This document shows, one piece after another, positions 31,808 to 42,133 of a stretch of 64,000 nucleotides of DNA. The stretch is from Gammaproteobacteria bacterium (lineage in GTDB: Bacteria > Pseudomonadota > Gammaproteobacteria > Natronospirales > JAJUFS01). A model generated the notes under the pieces. The model did no database searches. It saw only the letters and a program-made list of their open reading frames with translations, and had not been told where the DNA came from. The stretch covers positions 67,921 to 131,920 of the forward strand of contig DASVDI010000018.1 of assembly GCA_036381175.1 (NCBI GenBank), given 5' to 3'. A program made the translations under genes and the position numbers. Every line of letters starts with the position of its first letter. Positions within the stretch are counted from its first letter, which is position 1.

Positions 31808-33027
31808 GGGCTGCTTATCTTCAAGGCAAGAACGATGTCCGCGACATTCGTCCCTGTCGGGCCGGTATGAATCACGTCGCCCGCTGCGGTGAGCGCGGCA
31901 TTGGCGTTTGCGGTCGCGATACATTCGTACGGTTCAAGTCCTGCAGCACGAACGCGTTCGATCGTTTCGCCGTCAACGAGCGCACCGGCATCCCCGGTGT
32001 TGCCGTCGATTCCGTCCGTTCCAAATGCGAGCACGTGAATATTTTCGACTCCGGCGATTTCCTGCGCGGCGGCAAGCGCAAGCTGCTGGTTACGTCTGCC
32101 GCGCCCCGGTTTTTTTGGAAGCCGTACGGAGGTTTCGCCGCCGAAAAGGTATAAACCTGGCCTGCCCTCGCGCAAATGTTTTCCGATACGGATGCCGGCC
32201 TCCTCCGCATCGCCCGAGAGTGCTTCGCGCATCACGCATGAAACATTTTCCTTGCTCGCACGTTGCTCAATCGCATCCAGTGCGTCATCGTTGCGCGCAA
32301 CGATGCGAAGTTCAGCGATCGCTTCCGGCGATTCTTGCAATGGCCGCGGCAGATTCGCATGCAATATTTGTAGCCAATCGGGCAGAACAACGTTCGGCCA
32401 TTGCCGTGATTCCGGTGACAAGGGCCCGGAAGCAACACTCTCAACGCGATCGCCGGGAACATCGGAAATCACGAGTCCGGCAACGCCGCGCTTGCCGGCA
32501 AGTCGCAGCAAGCCGCCCTGCTTCAGCCGCGAGAATCGCGCGCGGATTGCATTGACGGCGTGAATGTCGAAACCGCTGGCCAGCAGCCAGCGATTCATGC
32601 CTTGCAAGTTCGCAAGCGTCATTCCGGGGACGGGAAGTTCGGCGAGCGCGGAACCGCCGCCGGACAACAACACGAGCAGATGCAGCTCCGGTTCGAGTTC
32701 GCGCAGCCAGGATTCGATGGCGTCGCCCGCTTGCAAACTGTTCGCGTCCGGCAGCGGGTGATCGCCGGCCTGAAATTGCCAGCCGACGGGAAAGGTTTCA
32801 TCAGGAATTTGCGGCGCGATGATCAGGGCGCGCTCGATTCGCTCGTTCAACGCGTCACGCGCACCCAGCGACATGCCGGTTGCTGCCTTGCCGAGCGCAA
32901 GCACTGCAACGCGCTCTGTTGGAAATTCACACAGCGCGGCGGCAACGCAGTGCGACGGATCGACGGCGGCGAGTGCCGCGTCCATCCAGCACAGCAGTTG
33001 CTTGCGGGGATTATTCACGTCGCGCAC
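31804..33027 (-). CDS. MOFRL-family glycerate 2-kinase / hydroxypyruvate reductase-like protein
   Basis: N-terminal LALGKAATGMS, C-terminal GGETSVRLP...GRGRRNQQLALAAA...FGTDGIDGNTGDAGALVD. Its stop overlaps the miaE ATG (ATGA). Confidence 0.8.
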   Translation of the reverse strand: MRDVNNPRKQLLCWMDAALAAVDPSHCVAAALCEFPTERVAVLALGKAATGMSLGARDALNERIERALIIAPQIPDETFPVGWQFQAGDHPLPDANSLQAGDAIESWLRELEPELHLLVLLSGGGSALAELPVPGMTLANLQGMNRWLLASGFDIHAVNAIRARFSRLKQGGLLRLAGKRGVAGLVISDVPGDRVESVASGPLSPESRQWPNVVLPDWLQILHANLPRPLQESPEAIAELRIVARNDDALDAIEQRASKENVSCVMREALSGDAEEAGIRIGKHLREGRPGLYLFGGETSVRLPKKPGRGRRNQQLALAAAQEIAGVENIHVLAFGTDGIDGNTGDAGALVDGETIERVRAAGLEPYECIATANANAALTAAGDVIHTGPTGTNVADIVLALKISSP

Positions 33028-33038
33028 GTGCGTGCGCG

Positions 33039-34535
33039 TCAGGAGGCCTTGAGCTTTTGCTGCCCGGCGCGTTCGGTCTTGGCATCGTCCGAGCGTTGTG
33101 CACGCAGGCGTTCAAGGTATTCCGGCGTCACGGAGCCCGTGACGTATTCACCGGAGAAGCATGAGGTATCAAAAAGGTGCGGTTCGCGATCGCGGAAGCG
33201 CACGGCATCTTCAAGATCGTGCAAATCCTGGTAGATCAGCCAGTCCGCGCCGATGAGTTCCTGCACTTCTTCTACCGTTCTTCCGGCGGCGACCAGTTCT
33301 TCCGGTACCGGCATGTCGATGCCGTACACATTCGGATAACAGACAGGCGGCGCTGCGGAGGCGAAATAGACCTTCTTCGCGCCGGCCTCGCGCGCCATCT
33401 GGATGATTTGCTGTGAAGTCGTGCCGCGCACGATGGAATCATCAACCAGCAACACGACCTTGTTGCGGAATTCGAGATCGATCGCATTCAACTTGCGTTT
33501 CACCGAGCGCTTGCGCTGGCTTTGTCCCGGCATGATGAATGTACGGCCGATGTAACGGTTCTTGATGAAGCCTTCGCGGAATTTCACACCGAGCATGTTC
33601 GCCATCTGCAGCGCGCTGGTGCGGCTGGTGTCGGGAATCGGGATCACCACGTCGATGTCATGATCCGGCCGCTCACGCATGATCTTCTCGGCGAGTTTCT
33701 CTCCCATGCGAAGGCGCGCCTTGTACACGGAGATGCCGTCGATGATGGAATCCGGCCGCGCGAAATACACGTACTCGAAAATGCACGGCGAATACTGCGG
33801 TTTGTCGTGGCACTGCTGCGTGTGCAGTGTGCCGTCGAGTTCGACCAGCACCGCCTCACCCGGCGCGACATCACGCAGGAACTCGAAATCCAGCGCGGCC
33901 AGCGCGACGCTCTCGGATGCGAGCATGTACTCAGGCCCGCGCGGTGTTTCGCGCTTGCCGAGCACCAGCGGGCGAATTCCCCAGGGATCGCGGAAACCGA
34001 CAATGCCGTAGCCGTTGAGAAACGACACGCAGGCATAGCCGCCGATGCAACGCTCATGCACTTCGCGCACGGACTTGAACACGACCTCGGGATTCAGCTT
34101 GTGATCGCCATGCTGATGCAGGCCATGAGCAAAAACATTCAGGATGATTTCGGAATCCGAATCGGTGTTCAGGTGCCGGCGGTCGGTGTGAAACAACATT
34201 TCCTTGAGTTCACCGGCGTTGACGAGATTGCCGTTGTGAACGATCGAAATACCGAATGGCGAATTCGTGTAGAACGGCTGCGCTTCATCCGCGCCGGATG
34301 AACCCGCCGTCGGGTAACGTACGTGGCCGATACCGACATTCCCGGTCAAAAGATCCATCTGTTCCTGCTTGAAGACGTCGGCTACGAGACCGTTGTTCTT
34401 GTGGGTATGCACACGGCCGTTGTCCCAGGTCAGGATGCCCGCGGCATCCTGGCCGCGATGCTGCAGGACCGTCAGCGCGTCGTAGATCGACTGGCTGACG
34501 GGCGATTGACTGACGATGCCGACAATTCCACACAT
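33039..34535 (-). CDS. purF: Amidophosphoribosyltransferase
   Basis: [13 protein letters not shown]..., and the PRPP-binding motif [14 protein letters not shown]. Confidence 0.97.
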   Translation of the reverse strand: MCGIVGIVSQSPVSQSIYDALTVLQHRGQDAAGILTWDNGRVHTHKNNGLVADVFKQEQMDLLTGNVGIGHVRYPTAGSSGADEAQPFYTNSPFGISIVHNGNLVNAGELKEMLFHTDRRHLNTDSDSEIILNVFAHGLHQHGDHKLNPEVVFKSVREVHERCIGGYACVSFLNGYGIVGFRDPWGIRPLVLGKRETPRGPEYMLASESVALAALDFEFLRDVAPGEAVLVELDGTLHTQQCHDKPQYSPCIFEYVYFARPDSIIDGISVYKARLRMGEKLAEKIMRERPDHDIDVVIPIPDTSRTSALQMANMLGVKFREGFIKNRYIGRTFIMPGQSQRKRSVKRKLNAIDLEFRNKVVLLVDDSIVRGTTSQQIIQMAREAGAKKVYFASAAPPVCYPNVYGIDMPVPEELVAAGRTVEEVQELIGADWLIYQDLHDLEDAVRFRDREPHLFDTSCFSGEYVTGSVTPEYLERLRAQRSDDAKTERAGQQKLKAS

Positions 34536-34552
34536 GCGTTTCGATTACCGTT

Positions 34553-35026
34553 TCAGCGAATGGATTCGGGGAAGAATCCCATCAACCACATGGCGACGGG
34601 CTCGAAATATTCAATGAAAAGCGCGTGCTCCCACCAGGGATCGCGGTTCAGCTTGAGCAGCAGGCCGACAAGCACCAATGCTGCGACCAGCACGCCGCCA
34701 CGCAGCAGGCCGAATACCGTTCCAACCGCGCGATCCGTGCCGGTAAGGCCGGTGCGTTCCAGCGCAATGGCGGCAAAGTGGTTCACCAGCGCACCGATGA
34801 CGAGCACGATGAAAAACAGCAGTGCGAAACCGGCGAGCACCTGCAGCGACGGCGTATCAATCCAGCGCTCGAACCAAGCGGCAGCGTTATCGGAAAACGC
34901 CCAGGCCAGCCAGAAGGCGAATATCCACGTCGCGAGCGACAGCGCCTCGCGCACGAAGCCGCGCCACAGGCCGACCAAGGTGGACAGCAGGATCACACCG
35001 ATGAAAATCCAATCGACCCAGGCCAT
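34553..35026 (-). CDS. cvpA: Colicin V production membrane protein CvpA
   Basis: ORF 34553..35590 trimmed to MAWVDWIFIGVILLSTLVGLWRGFVREALSL. About 157 aa with four transmembrane segments, located between dedD and purF. Confidence 0.88.
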   Translation of the reverse strand: MAWVDWIFIGVILLSTLVGLWRGFVREALSLATWIFAFWLAWAFSDNAAAWFERWIDTPSLQVLAGFALLFFIVLVIGALVNHFAAIALERTGLTGTDRAVGTVFGLLRGGVLVAALVLVGLLLKLNRDPWWEHALFIEYFEPVAMWLMGFFPESIR

Positions 35027-35129
35027 GAAACCGTTCCCCCGCGTTCGCCCTCGCTCGCCCTCGATCGAGGACGGCAAGGGCGCGCATTTTAACAGATCGA
35101 GGATTGTCACGCCGAAGCGCGATAGTGAA

Positions 35130-35732
35130 CTAGAGGTTGCGCGCTGGACGCGCCGGCTGGCCCGTCTTTGCGCGGATTTCATCCGCTTCTGTCTGCGCTG
35201 CATCACGCGATGCAAAACCGCCGACGCGCACGCGATGATGCACGACGCTGCCATCGTCGAAACGGCTGACGTAGGCGGGGAAACCGAGGTCGCGCAGTTC
35301 GGCGGCAAGCGTCTCGGCATTACTGTCGTTGCTGAATGAACCAACCTGCACGGTCCACGGCTGGATGCCGCCGGATTCGGATTGCTCGGCCGGCTCCACC
35401 GGAACAGGCGCCTTCGCGACTGGCTCGCTTGCGGCTTCCACCGGTGCTGGCGAGGCGGATTCGACGCCGGTTTCGGTTTCAGCTTCAACGAGATCGATGG
35501 AAACCGGTTCCTCGTTCGACACGACGGGATGGACTTCCGCTTCCGGATCAAGATCAATGCGGACGGTCTGGCGATCGTCGTCGCTACCAAGCTCGGGCAG
35601 CGCGACGCTTTGAGTCACTTTCGTCGTCGAGTCCGGACCGTCCAGCACCACGGGAATGAAAATGACCGCGGCGAGTACCAGCACCACCGCACCGACAAGT
35701 CTTTCTTTCAGCAGAATGTCCATTGTCATCAT
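35130..35732 (-). CDS. dedD: SPOR-domain cell-division protein (DedD-like)
   Basis: ATG overlaps the folC stop (ATGA). It has an N-terminal transmembrane segment, an acidic/Pro-rich linker, and a C-terminal SPOR segment WTVQVGSFSNDSNAETLAAELRDLGFPAYV...RVRVGGFASRDAA. Confidence 0.75.
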   Translation of the reverse strand: MMTMDILLKERLVGAVVLVLAAVIFIPVVLDGPDSTTKVTQSVALPELGSDDDRQTVRIDLDPEAEVHPVVSNEEPVSIDLVEAETETGVESASPAPVEAASEPVAKAPVPVEPAEQSESGGIQPWTVQVGSFSNDSNAETLAAELRDLGFPAYVSRFDDGSVVHHRVRVGGFASRDAAQTEADEIRAKTGQPARPARNL

Positions 35733-37018
35733 CCGTTCCGCCCTGGTGATTCGGCCCCGCGTGCGTCGAAGTATAAAAGGAACTCCGCCGCGGTGTGAAA
35801 GGAACCGAGCACCAGCACGCGCCCGCCCGCTTCGCATTGCTCGATCGCGGCGACCGCGGCGCTCGCGACACTTTCATGATTGTTCGCGACAAACTCCAGG
35901 CCCGCATACTGCAGGCGATCCGCCAGCGAGTCAGCGCCCTGGCCGCGCGGCCCTTCGAGGCCCGCCAGATGCCAGCTATTAACCAGTGGTGCGAGTTCGC
36001 GCACGAAACCCGGCGCGTCCTTGTCGGCAAGCATGGCGAGCACCGCGATGGTCGGTTTCGGATGCGCCAGCAGGTATTCCGCAATGTGCGCTGCCGCATC
36101 CGGGTTGTGACCGACATCAATGATGATTTCGCGGTCGCCTTCGGTGACGAGCGATTGCAGGCGGCCAGCTAGGCGCGTCGCGGCGAGGCCTTCGCGAATG
36201 GCGTCTGCCGGAATCGATGGCTCAAGTGCAAGTACCGCGGCAATCGCTGATGATGCATTCGCGAACTGGTGCGCGCCCGCGAGTGGCAGCGGCGGCAACG
36301 CGTCGATCATCCGATCACCCGCGCGCCATGACCAGCTTGCGTTCTCGCGTTTGCAATGAAAGTCGCGACTGAAAATCTGCAGTGGCGAGCCGATGCGTTC
36401 GGCTTCCTGGACAATCGCCTTCGGCACATCGCCCGATCCAAAAATCGCCGGACGGCCGGCGCGGAAAATACCCGCTTTTTCGCGCGCGATGCCTTCGATC
36501 TCACTTCCCAGCCAGTCCACGTGATCCAGCCCGACGGACACAACCACCGCAGCATCGGCATCGACCGCATTCACCGCGTCGAGCCGCCCACCAAGGCCGA
36601 CTTCAAGCACCGCGATCTGCACATCACGACGACGAAAGATTTCCAGCGCGGCCAAGGTGCCGAACTCGAAATACGTCAACGGCTCGTCTCTACGCGCACG
36701 ATCCACCGCATCGAACGCCGCACACAATTCCGCATCGTCCGCATCGACGCCGTCAACGGCGATGCGTTCGTTGTAATCCAGGAGGTGCGGCGAAAGATAA
36801 CGGCCGGTGCGAAACCCGGCGGACTGCAGGATGGAGGCGGCATAGCTTGCAACGGAACCCTTGCCGTTCGTGCCGCCAATGGTGAGCACGCGAAACGGCG
36901 GTTTCGCGAGATCCATTACCTTGAGTACGCGGCGAACGCGATCAAGGCCGAGTTCAATACCGCGCGGGTTGAGCGTTTCCTGCCAGGCGAGCCATGCTTC
37001 CAGCGTGCTAAAGCGCAT
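35729..37018 (-). CDS. folC: Bifunctional folylpolyglutamate synthase / dihydrofolate synthase
   Basis: GTNGKGS P-loop, LEVGLGGRLDAVN, and Mur-ligase-like architecture. Confidence 0.92.
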   Translation of the reverse strand: MRFSTLEAWLAWQETLNPRGIELGLDRVRRVLKVMDLAKPPFRVLTIGGTNGKGSVASYAASILQSAGFRTGRYLSPHLLDYNERIAVDGVDADDAELCAAFDAVDRARRDEPLTYFEFGTLAALEIFRRRDVQIAVLEVGLGGRLDAVNAVDADAAVVVSVGLDHVDWLGSEIEGIAREKAGIFRAGRPAIFGSGDVPKAIVQEAERIGSPLQIFSRDFHCKRENASWSWRAGDRMIDALPPLPLAGAHQFANASSAIAAVLALEPSIPADAIREGLAATRLAGRLQSLVTEGDREIIIDVGHNPDAAAHIAEYLLAHPKPTIAVLAMLADKDAPGFVRELAPLVNSWHLAGLEGPRGQGADSLADRLQYAGLEFVANNHESVASAAVAAIEQCEAGGRVLVLGSFHTAAEFLLYFDARGAESPGRNG

Positions 37019-37033
37019 GAAAGACGGAGAAAC

Positions 37034-37897
37034 TCAATGCGTTGTCGGGCGGCGCATGAGCATGGAAAGAACATTGGCGAGCGTATCGCGCATGTCGCGA
37101 CGATCGACAATCATGTCGATGGCGCCGTGCTCCAGCAAAAATTCAGAGCGCTGGAAACCCTCCGGCAGCGTTTCCCGAACGGTCTGCTGGATGACGCGCG
37201 GACCGGCGAAGCCGATGAGCGCTTTCGGTTCGGCGATGTTGATATCGCCAAGCATGGCGAGCGATGCGGACACGCCGCCGGTGGTCGGATCAGTGAGCAC
37301 GGAGATGAACGGCAGGCCTTCCTCGGAAAGCTTCGCGAGCACGGCGCTGGTTTTCGCCATCTGCATCAGTGAGAACAGTGCTTCCTGCATGCGCGCGCCG
37401 CCGGACGCGGAAAAATTCACCAGCGGGCAACGGCTTTCCAGCGCGACATTCGCGGCGCGAACGAAACGCTCGCCGACCACCGAACCCATCGAGCCGCCCA
37501 TGAACTTGAATTCGAACGCCGAGGCGACGAGCGGCATGTCCTTCAGCTTGCCTTTCATCGCGATCAGCGCGTCCTTCTCGCCGGTGGCTTTCTGCGAGAT
37601 GGCAATACGATCGCGATATTTCTTGCTGTCGCGGAACTTCAGCGCATCGACGGGCCCCACGCGCGCGCCGATCTCCTCGGCGGACTGAGGATCGAAAAGC
37701 ATTTCCAGCCGCTGACGGGCTCCGATGCGCATATGCTGACCGCACTTTGGACAGACGTGAAGATTGCGTTCGACTTCCGCGCGGTATAGCACAGCATTGC
37801 AGGCGTTGCATTTCGTCCACACGCCTTCCGGCACGCTGCGACGCTGCTCGTTGTTGGTATTGATGCGCGAGGGGACGAGTTTTCTGAACCAGTTCAT
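37034..37897 (-). CDS. accD: Acetyl-CoA carboxylase carboxyltransferase beta subunit
   Basis: ORF trimmed to [11 protein letters not shown]. Zinc ribbon [26 protein letters not shown], and [10 protein letters not shown]. Confidence 0.95.
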   Translation of the reverse strand: MNWFRKLVPSRINTNNEQRRSVPEGVWTKCNACNAVLYRAEVERNLHVCPKCGQHMRIGARQRLEMLFDPQSAEEIGARVGPVDALKFRDSKKYRDRIAISQKATGEKDALIAMKGKLKDMPLVASAFEFKFMGGSMGSVVGERFVRAANVALESRCPLVNFSASGGARMQEALFSLMQMAKTSAVLAKLSEEGLPFISVLTDPTTGGVSASLAMLGDINIAEPKALIGFAGPRVIQQTVRETLPEGFQRSEFLLEHGAIDMIVDRRDMRDTLANVLSMLMRRPTTH

Positions 37898-37916
37898 TAT
37901 CTTGCCTGCTCTGCCT

Positions 37917-38723
37917 TTACGCGGCGATGTCGTTATCCAGTGCCTTGCGAATTTCCGCCAATGCCGTGCGAATCGCGGGACCAGCGGCGCTGCCATGCGC
38001 GGCAATGTGCCGCACCAGCGCGCTGCCGACAATGACGGCGTCCGCGGTTTGCGCCATCAGAACGGCGGTTTCTGCATCGTTGATGCCGAAACCGATACCG
38101 ACGGAACGGTCAGTGAATTCACGAATCCGGGCGACCTGTCCGGCCATTCCCGCCCGATCATTGTTGCCCGCGCCAGTGACGCCTTTAAGCGATACATAGT
38201 ACACGAAACCCGTAACCGACCGGCAGATGCGCTCAAGCCGCGCGGCACTCGTGGTGGGCGCCACAAGGCAGACCAGCTCGAGATTCCGCGCCTGCAGCAC
38301 GACTCCAAGCTCGCCGGCTTCTTCGGTCGGCAGGTCAACGACGAGCAGGCCATCGGCACCGGAATTTGCCGCCTGCGTCGCATATTTCGTGTAACCGGTC
38401 GCTTCCAGCGGATTCAGATAACCCATCAGCACGACAGGCGTCTGCGTATCGCGTTCACGAAATTCCCGCACGATATCGAACACGTCACGCAGGCGCGTGT
38501 TGGCTTTGAGCGCGCGCTCGCAGGCGGCCTGGATGACAGGTCCGTCTGCGACCGGATCGGTGAACGGCACGCCGAGTTCGATGACGTCCGCGCCGCCCTC
38601 GACCATCGCATGCATGAATTCCACCGTTGCGGTTCTCGAAGGATCACCGGCGACGAGATACGCAATCAATGCAGTTCGCTTTTCTGCGCGCAAGGCATCG
38701 AGTCTCGCTGCAAGCCGGCTCAC
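37917..38723 (-). CDS. trpA: Tryptophan synthase alpha chain
   Basis: GTG start overlapping the trpB stop (GTGA). Seen: [31 protein letters not shown]. Confidence 0.92.
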   Translation of the reverse strand: MSRLAARLDALRAEKRTALIAYLVAGDPSRTATVEFMHAMVEGGADVIELGVPFTDPVADGPVIQAACERALKANTRLRDVFDIVREFRERDTQTPVVLMGYLNPLEATGYTKYATQAANSGADGLLVVDLPTEEAGELGVVLQARNLELVCLVAPTTSAARLERICRSVTGFVYYVSLKGVTGAGNNDRAGMAGQVARIREFTDRSVGIGFGINDAETAVLMAQTADAVIVGSALVRHIAAHGSAAGPAIRTALAEIRKALDNDIAA

Positions 38724-39955
38724 AGTTCGACCCCTTCGAATTCCGCGACCGTGTGCACGTCCTTGTCGCCGCGACCGGAGAGATTCACGATCACGATGCT
38801 GCCCTTCGCAAGCCGCGTACGCAGTTTTTCCACGTACGCGAGCGCGTGGCTGGATTCCAGCGCCGGAAGAATGCCTTCCGTCCGGCACAGCATGTGAAAG
38901 GCATCCAGCGCTTCGCGATCCGTCACGCCGTCGTATTCCGCGCGGCCGGTTTCCTTCAGCCAGGCATGCTCGGGACCAACGCCGGGATAATCCAGGCCCG
39001 CGGAAACGGAATGCGTTTCGATAATCTGCCCGTCGTCATCCTGCATGAGATACGTTCGATTGCCGTGCAACACGCCAACTTTTCCGGCTGTCAGCGGCGC
39101 GGAATGACGGCCGGTTTCAAGCCCGTCGCCAGCGGCTTCGACGCCGAACATTTTTACATCGTCATCGAGAAACGGATGAAACAACCCGATGGCGTTCGAG
39201 CCACCGCCGACGCAGGCGACAAGTGCGTCCGGCAGGCGATTCTCTTTTTCAAGAATCTGTTGCCGCGCTTCGCGGCCGATAATCGACTGGAAATCGCGCA
39301 CCATGACCGGATACGGATGCGGTCCGGCGACCGTGCCGATGATGTAAAACGTGTTGTCGAGATTCGACACCCAGTCGCGCATCGCTTCGTTCAGCGCATC
39401 TTTCAAGGTGCGTGAACCCGACGTCACGGGCACAACGGTTGCGCCGAGCAAACGCATGCGGAAAACATTCAGCGCCTGGCGGCGCATGTCTTCCTCGCCC
39501 ATGTAAACCATGCATTCGAGACCAAGCCGTGCGCACACCGTGGCGGTTGCAACGCCGTGCTGGCCGGCGCCGGTTTCCGCGATGATGCGCGTCTTGCCCA
39601 TGCGCTTCGCGATCAACGCCTGGCCAACGGTGTTGTTGATCTTGTGCGCGCCAGTGTGATTGAGATCTTCGCGCTTGAGATACACGCGCAAGCCGACACG
39701 CTTCGACCAGCGCTCGGCGAAATACAAGGGCGACGGCCGGCCGACGAAGTCGGCAAGATCGTGATCGAACTCGCACAGGAATTCCGGATCGGCGCGGAAT
39801 GTTTCGTACGCCTTGCGCAATTCCTCCACCGGCTCCATCAAGGTTTCCGCGATGAAGCGTCCGCCGAAGCGGCCGAAATAGCCGTTTGCGTCCGGAAGAT
39901 TTTTTTCAGCTTGTTGCCGCGTCGGCACGTCGCACCTCGTTGATGAATCTTTCAA
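38720..39955 (-). CDS. trpB: Tryptophan synthase beta chain
   Basis: [27 protein letters not shown] (PLP lysine), GGGSNAIG. The start is uncertain: the longest ORF overlaps trpF by 50 nt, and an internal GTG near 39928 is possible. Confidence 0.93.
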   Translation of the reverse strand: MKDSSTRCDVPTRQQAEKNLPDANGYFGRFGGRFIAETLMEPVEELRKAYETFRADPEFLCEFDHDLADFVGRPSPLYFAERWSKRVGLRVYLKREDLNHTGAHKINNTVGQALIAKRMGKTRIIAETGAGQHGVATATVCARLGLECMVYMGEEDMRRQALNVFRMRLLGATVVPVTSGSRTLKDALNEAMRDWVSNLDNTFYIIGTVAGPHPYPVMVRDFQSIIGREARQQILEKENRLPDALVACVGGGSNAIGLFHPFLDDDVKMFGVEAAGDGLETGRHSAPLTAGKVGVLHGNRTYLMQDDDGQIIETHSVSAGLDYPGVGPEHAWLKETGRAEYDGVTDREALDAFHMLCRTEGILPALESSHALAYVEKLRTRLAKGSIVIVNLSGRGDKDVHTVAEFEGVEL

Positions 39956-40541
39956 TCTTCACGGGATCCTTGACGCCAGCTTGCGCCTCGACGCCACTGG
40001 AAACATCCACGCCGAACGGCTGCACGAGACGCACCGCGTCGAAAACATTTTCCGGAGCCAGGCCACCAGCCAGCATTACTTTATTGCTCGTTGACGGTAG
40101 CGTGCTCCAGTTCGCGGTCTTTCCCGTGCCGCCCGCCTCGCCATGCGCGTGACTGTCGAACAGCAGCCATGCTGCATCGTCATATTCTTCGACGAACATT
40201 TTCACGTCGTCCGCCGTTGCGTTCGCCAGCCCCAGCGTCTTGATGTACGGCAGGCCGAAGCTTCGACAGAATTTCGCCGGCTCCCGGCCATGAAACTGCA
40301 ACACATCCAGTGCCACGTCGCGCAACACCGCCTCGACCGCATCGCGCGCGGGGTCAAGAAACAGGCCGACGCGCAGAGTTTCACGTGGAAGCGCCGCGAC
40401 AATTTCCCCCGCGCACGCAGCGTCAATGCAACGCGGACTGGATGCCACGAACACCATGCCGATGGCATCAGCGCCGAATCGCGCGGCGGTGTTCGCATCG
40501 TCGGGGCGCGTGACGCCGCAGATCTTGATTCGCGTGGACAT
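39906..40541 (-). CDS. trpF: Phosphoribosylanthranilate isomerase
   Basis: [16 protein letters not shown]..., [18 protein letters not shown]. Confidence 0.9.
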   Translation of the reverse strand: MSTRIKICGVTRPDDANTAARFGADAIGMVFVASSPRCIDAACAGEIVAALPRETLRVGLFLDPARDAVEAVLRDVALDVLQFHGREPAKFCRSFGLPYIKTLGLANATADDVKMFVEEYDDAAWLLFDSHAHGEAGGTGKTANWSTLPSTSNKVMLAGGLAPENVFDAVRLVQPFGVDVSSGVEAQAGVKDPVKIERFINEVRRADAATS

Positions 40542-40603
40542 GAGGCGCAATAAATCGCGGAAACCGGGACGCCGAGATTACCAGACTTCCCGGCGCCTCC
40601 GGT

Positions 40604-41389
40604 TCACCGCTCGTTCTCGGGCAGCCATATCTGGCGACCCGGAATTGCGAAACGCTCCGGATATCGCGGTCCGATGAAATACAAACCCTGCGGAGGCGCG
40701 GTCACACCGCCCAGTGCACGATCCCGATGATCCAGCACCTCGCGCGTCCAGTCCTCCGCCTGCTCGTGCTTTCCAATGGCGATCAGCACGCCCGCGATGT
40801 TGCGCACCATGTGATGCAGGAATGCGTTCGCGGTGATTTCCAGCGTCACCCATTCCGCGTCGCGCGCCACGGAAATTTTTCCGATGGTGCGAATGGGTGA
40901 CTTTGCCTGGCAGGCCAGCGCACGGTACGAACTGAAATCGTGTTCACCACGCAGGTATTGCGCTGCGCGATGCATGGCGTCCGCATCCAATGGCTCGTGA
41001 ATCCACGTTGCGCGCGTTGCGTACACCGCAGATCGTACCCAGCGGTTCAGAATCACGTAACGGTAACTTCGTGCGACAGCGCCGAAGCGCGCGTGAAAAT
41101 CTTCCGGCACTTCGCGCGTCCAGCAGACATTCACGCTTGCGGGCAGATTGCTGTTCGCGCCAAGCACCCAGCTTCGCTGCCGGCGATGCACATCGGTATC
41201 GAAATGCACGACCTGTCCGAGCCCGTGCACGCCCGCGTCCGTGCGCCCCGCGCAGACGACTTTCACATTGTGATCGGCAACTTTCGAAAACGCCTGCTCG
41301 ACAGCATCCTGCACGCTGGGCGCGTGCGGCTGCGTCTGCCAGCCTGAAAACGCACTGCCGTCGTATTCTATGCCCGCCGCGATGCGCAT
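40604..41389 (-). CDS. truA: tRNA pseudouridine(38-40) synthase TruA
   Basis: ORF trimmed to MRIAAGIEYDGSAFSGWQTQ. Catalytic GRTDAGVHG, and FLHHMVRNI. Confidence 0.93.
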   Translation of the reverse strand: MRIAAGIEYDGSAFSGWQTQPHAPSVQDAVEQAFSKVADHNVKVVCAGRTDAGVHGLGQVVHFDTDVHRRQRSWVLGANSNLPASVNVCWTREVPEDFHARFGAVARSYRYVILNRWVRSAVYATRATWIHEPLDADAMHRAAQYLRGEHDFSSYRALACQAKSPIRTIGKISVARDAEWVTLEITANAFLHHMVRNIAGVLIAIGKHEQAEDWTREVLDHRDRALGGVTAPPQGLYFIGPRYPERFAIPGRQIWLPENER

Positions 41390-41391
41390 CG

Positions 41392-42054
41392 TCAAAATTC
41401 TCCCGCGAGGAAAATCAACGCGAAACCGGTGGCGAGCAAACCCGCGGGCAACAACCATTGCCAGTGAGGCGTTGGTGCGAGCGCGGGCAAGGGTTCTGGC
41501 TCAAGCGCGCGCTCGGCATCCCGCTCGACATTCTGAAAAAGACTTGCAGCGCGGATCGCGAAACCGCCATCGCCGTTTTTCAGCGCAACGCGTGCGCGCT
41601 GTTCGACTGCGGGCAATTCAGCCAGCAGCAGGCCGACGCGATCCGCGAACCGCATGGCAAGACGCGTTTCCACGGGCCAGGAAAGCATTCGCCGCAGCGC
41701 GCTGGTCACATGGCGGGGCGGCACGTCGCCGAGAAATGCCGAAGCCGCGAAGACGAGCACCAGCAACACGCCGGCGCGATGTGCGGCCAATTGAATACCG
41801 GCGGCGGTCGGCGAGAGCGGACCGAGTGCCGGCAGCAACGGAGCACCGGGCGAGAACCAGAGATACAGGATCACGAGCGACAACAGCAGCCAGCGGATGC
41901 GCTTCACGCTGTAGCGCATGACGCGGCCGGTTTCCGGCCGCGCGATTCCCCACGCGAGCAGTAACGCGCCGAGCGCGAGCAGCGGCTCGCGCGGCAGCCA
42001 GGGCGTCAACGCCGCCAGCACCAGCAGGCAGAGAATGCGGATGATCGGATGCAT
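41392..42054 (-). CDS. Hypothetical polytopic membrane protein. A faint CbiQ/EcfT-like impression is unverified.
   Basis: MHPIIRILCLLVLAALTPWLP... with several hydrophobic segments and a C-terminal transmembrane segment. The stop lies 2 nt before the truA ATG. I recognised no diagnostic motif. Confidence 0.5.
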   Translation of the reverse strand: MHPIIRILCLLVLAALTPWLPREPLLALGALLLAWGIARPETGRVMRYSVKRIRWLLLSLVILYLWFSPGAPLLPALGPLSPTAAGIQLAAHRAGVLLVLVFAASAFLGDVPPRHVTSALRRMLSWPVETRLAMRFADRVGLLLAELPAVEQRARVALKNGDGGFAIRAASLFQNVERDAERALEPEPLPALAPTPHWQWLLPAGLLATGFALIFLAGEF

Positions 42055-42133
42055 GCTTGTCCCATGCCGCAGCAAAGACAACGGCCCCGCTTGGGGGCCG
42101 TGCCAGGTTCATGCAAGATGAAACGGACCCACG

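Noticed and set aside
39906-39955. A 50-nt overlap between trpF and trpB, considered as a possible programmed overlap or gene fusion remnant.
   Set aside because: It is most likely an over-extended trpB start. The conserved TrpB N-terminus begins around [13 protein letters not shown], and an in-frame GTG near 39928 would shorten the overlap.
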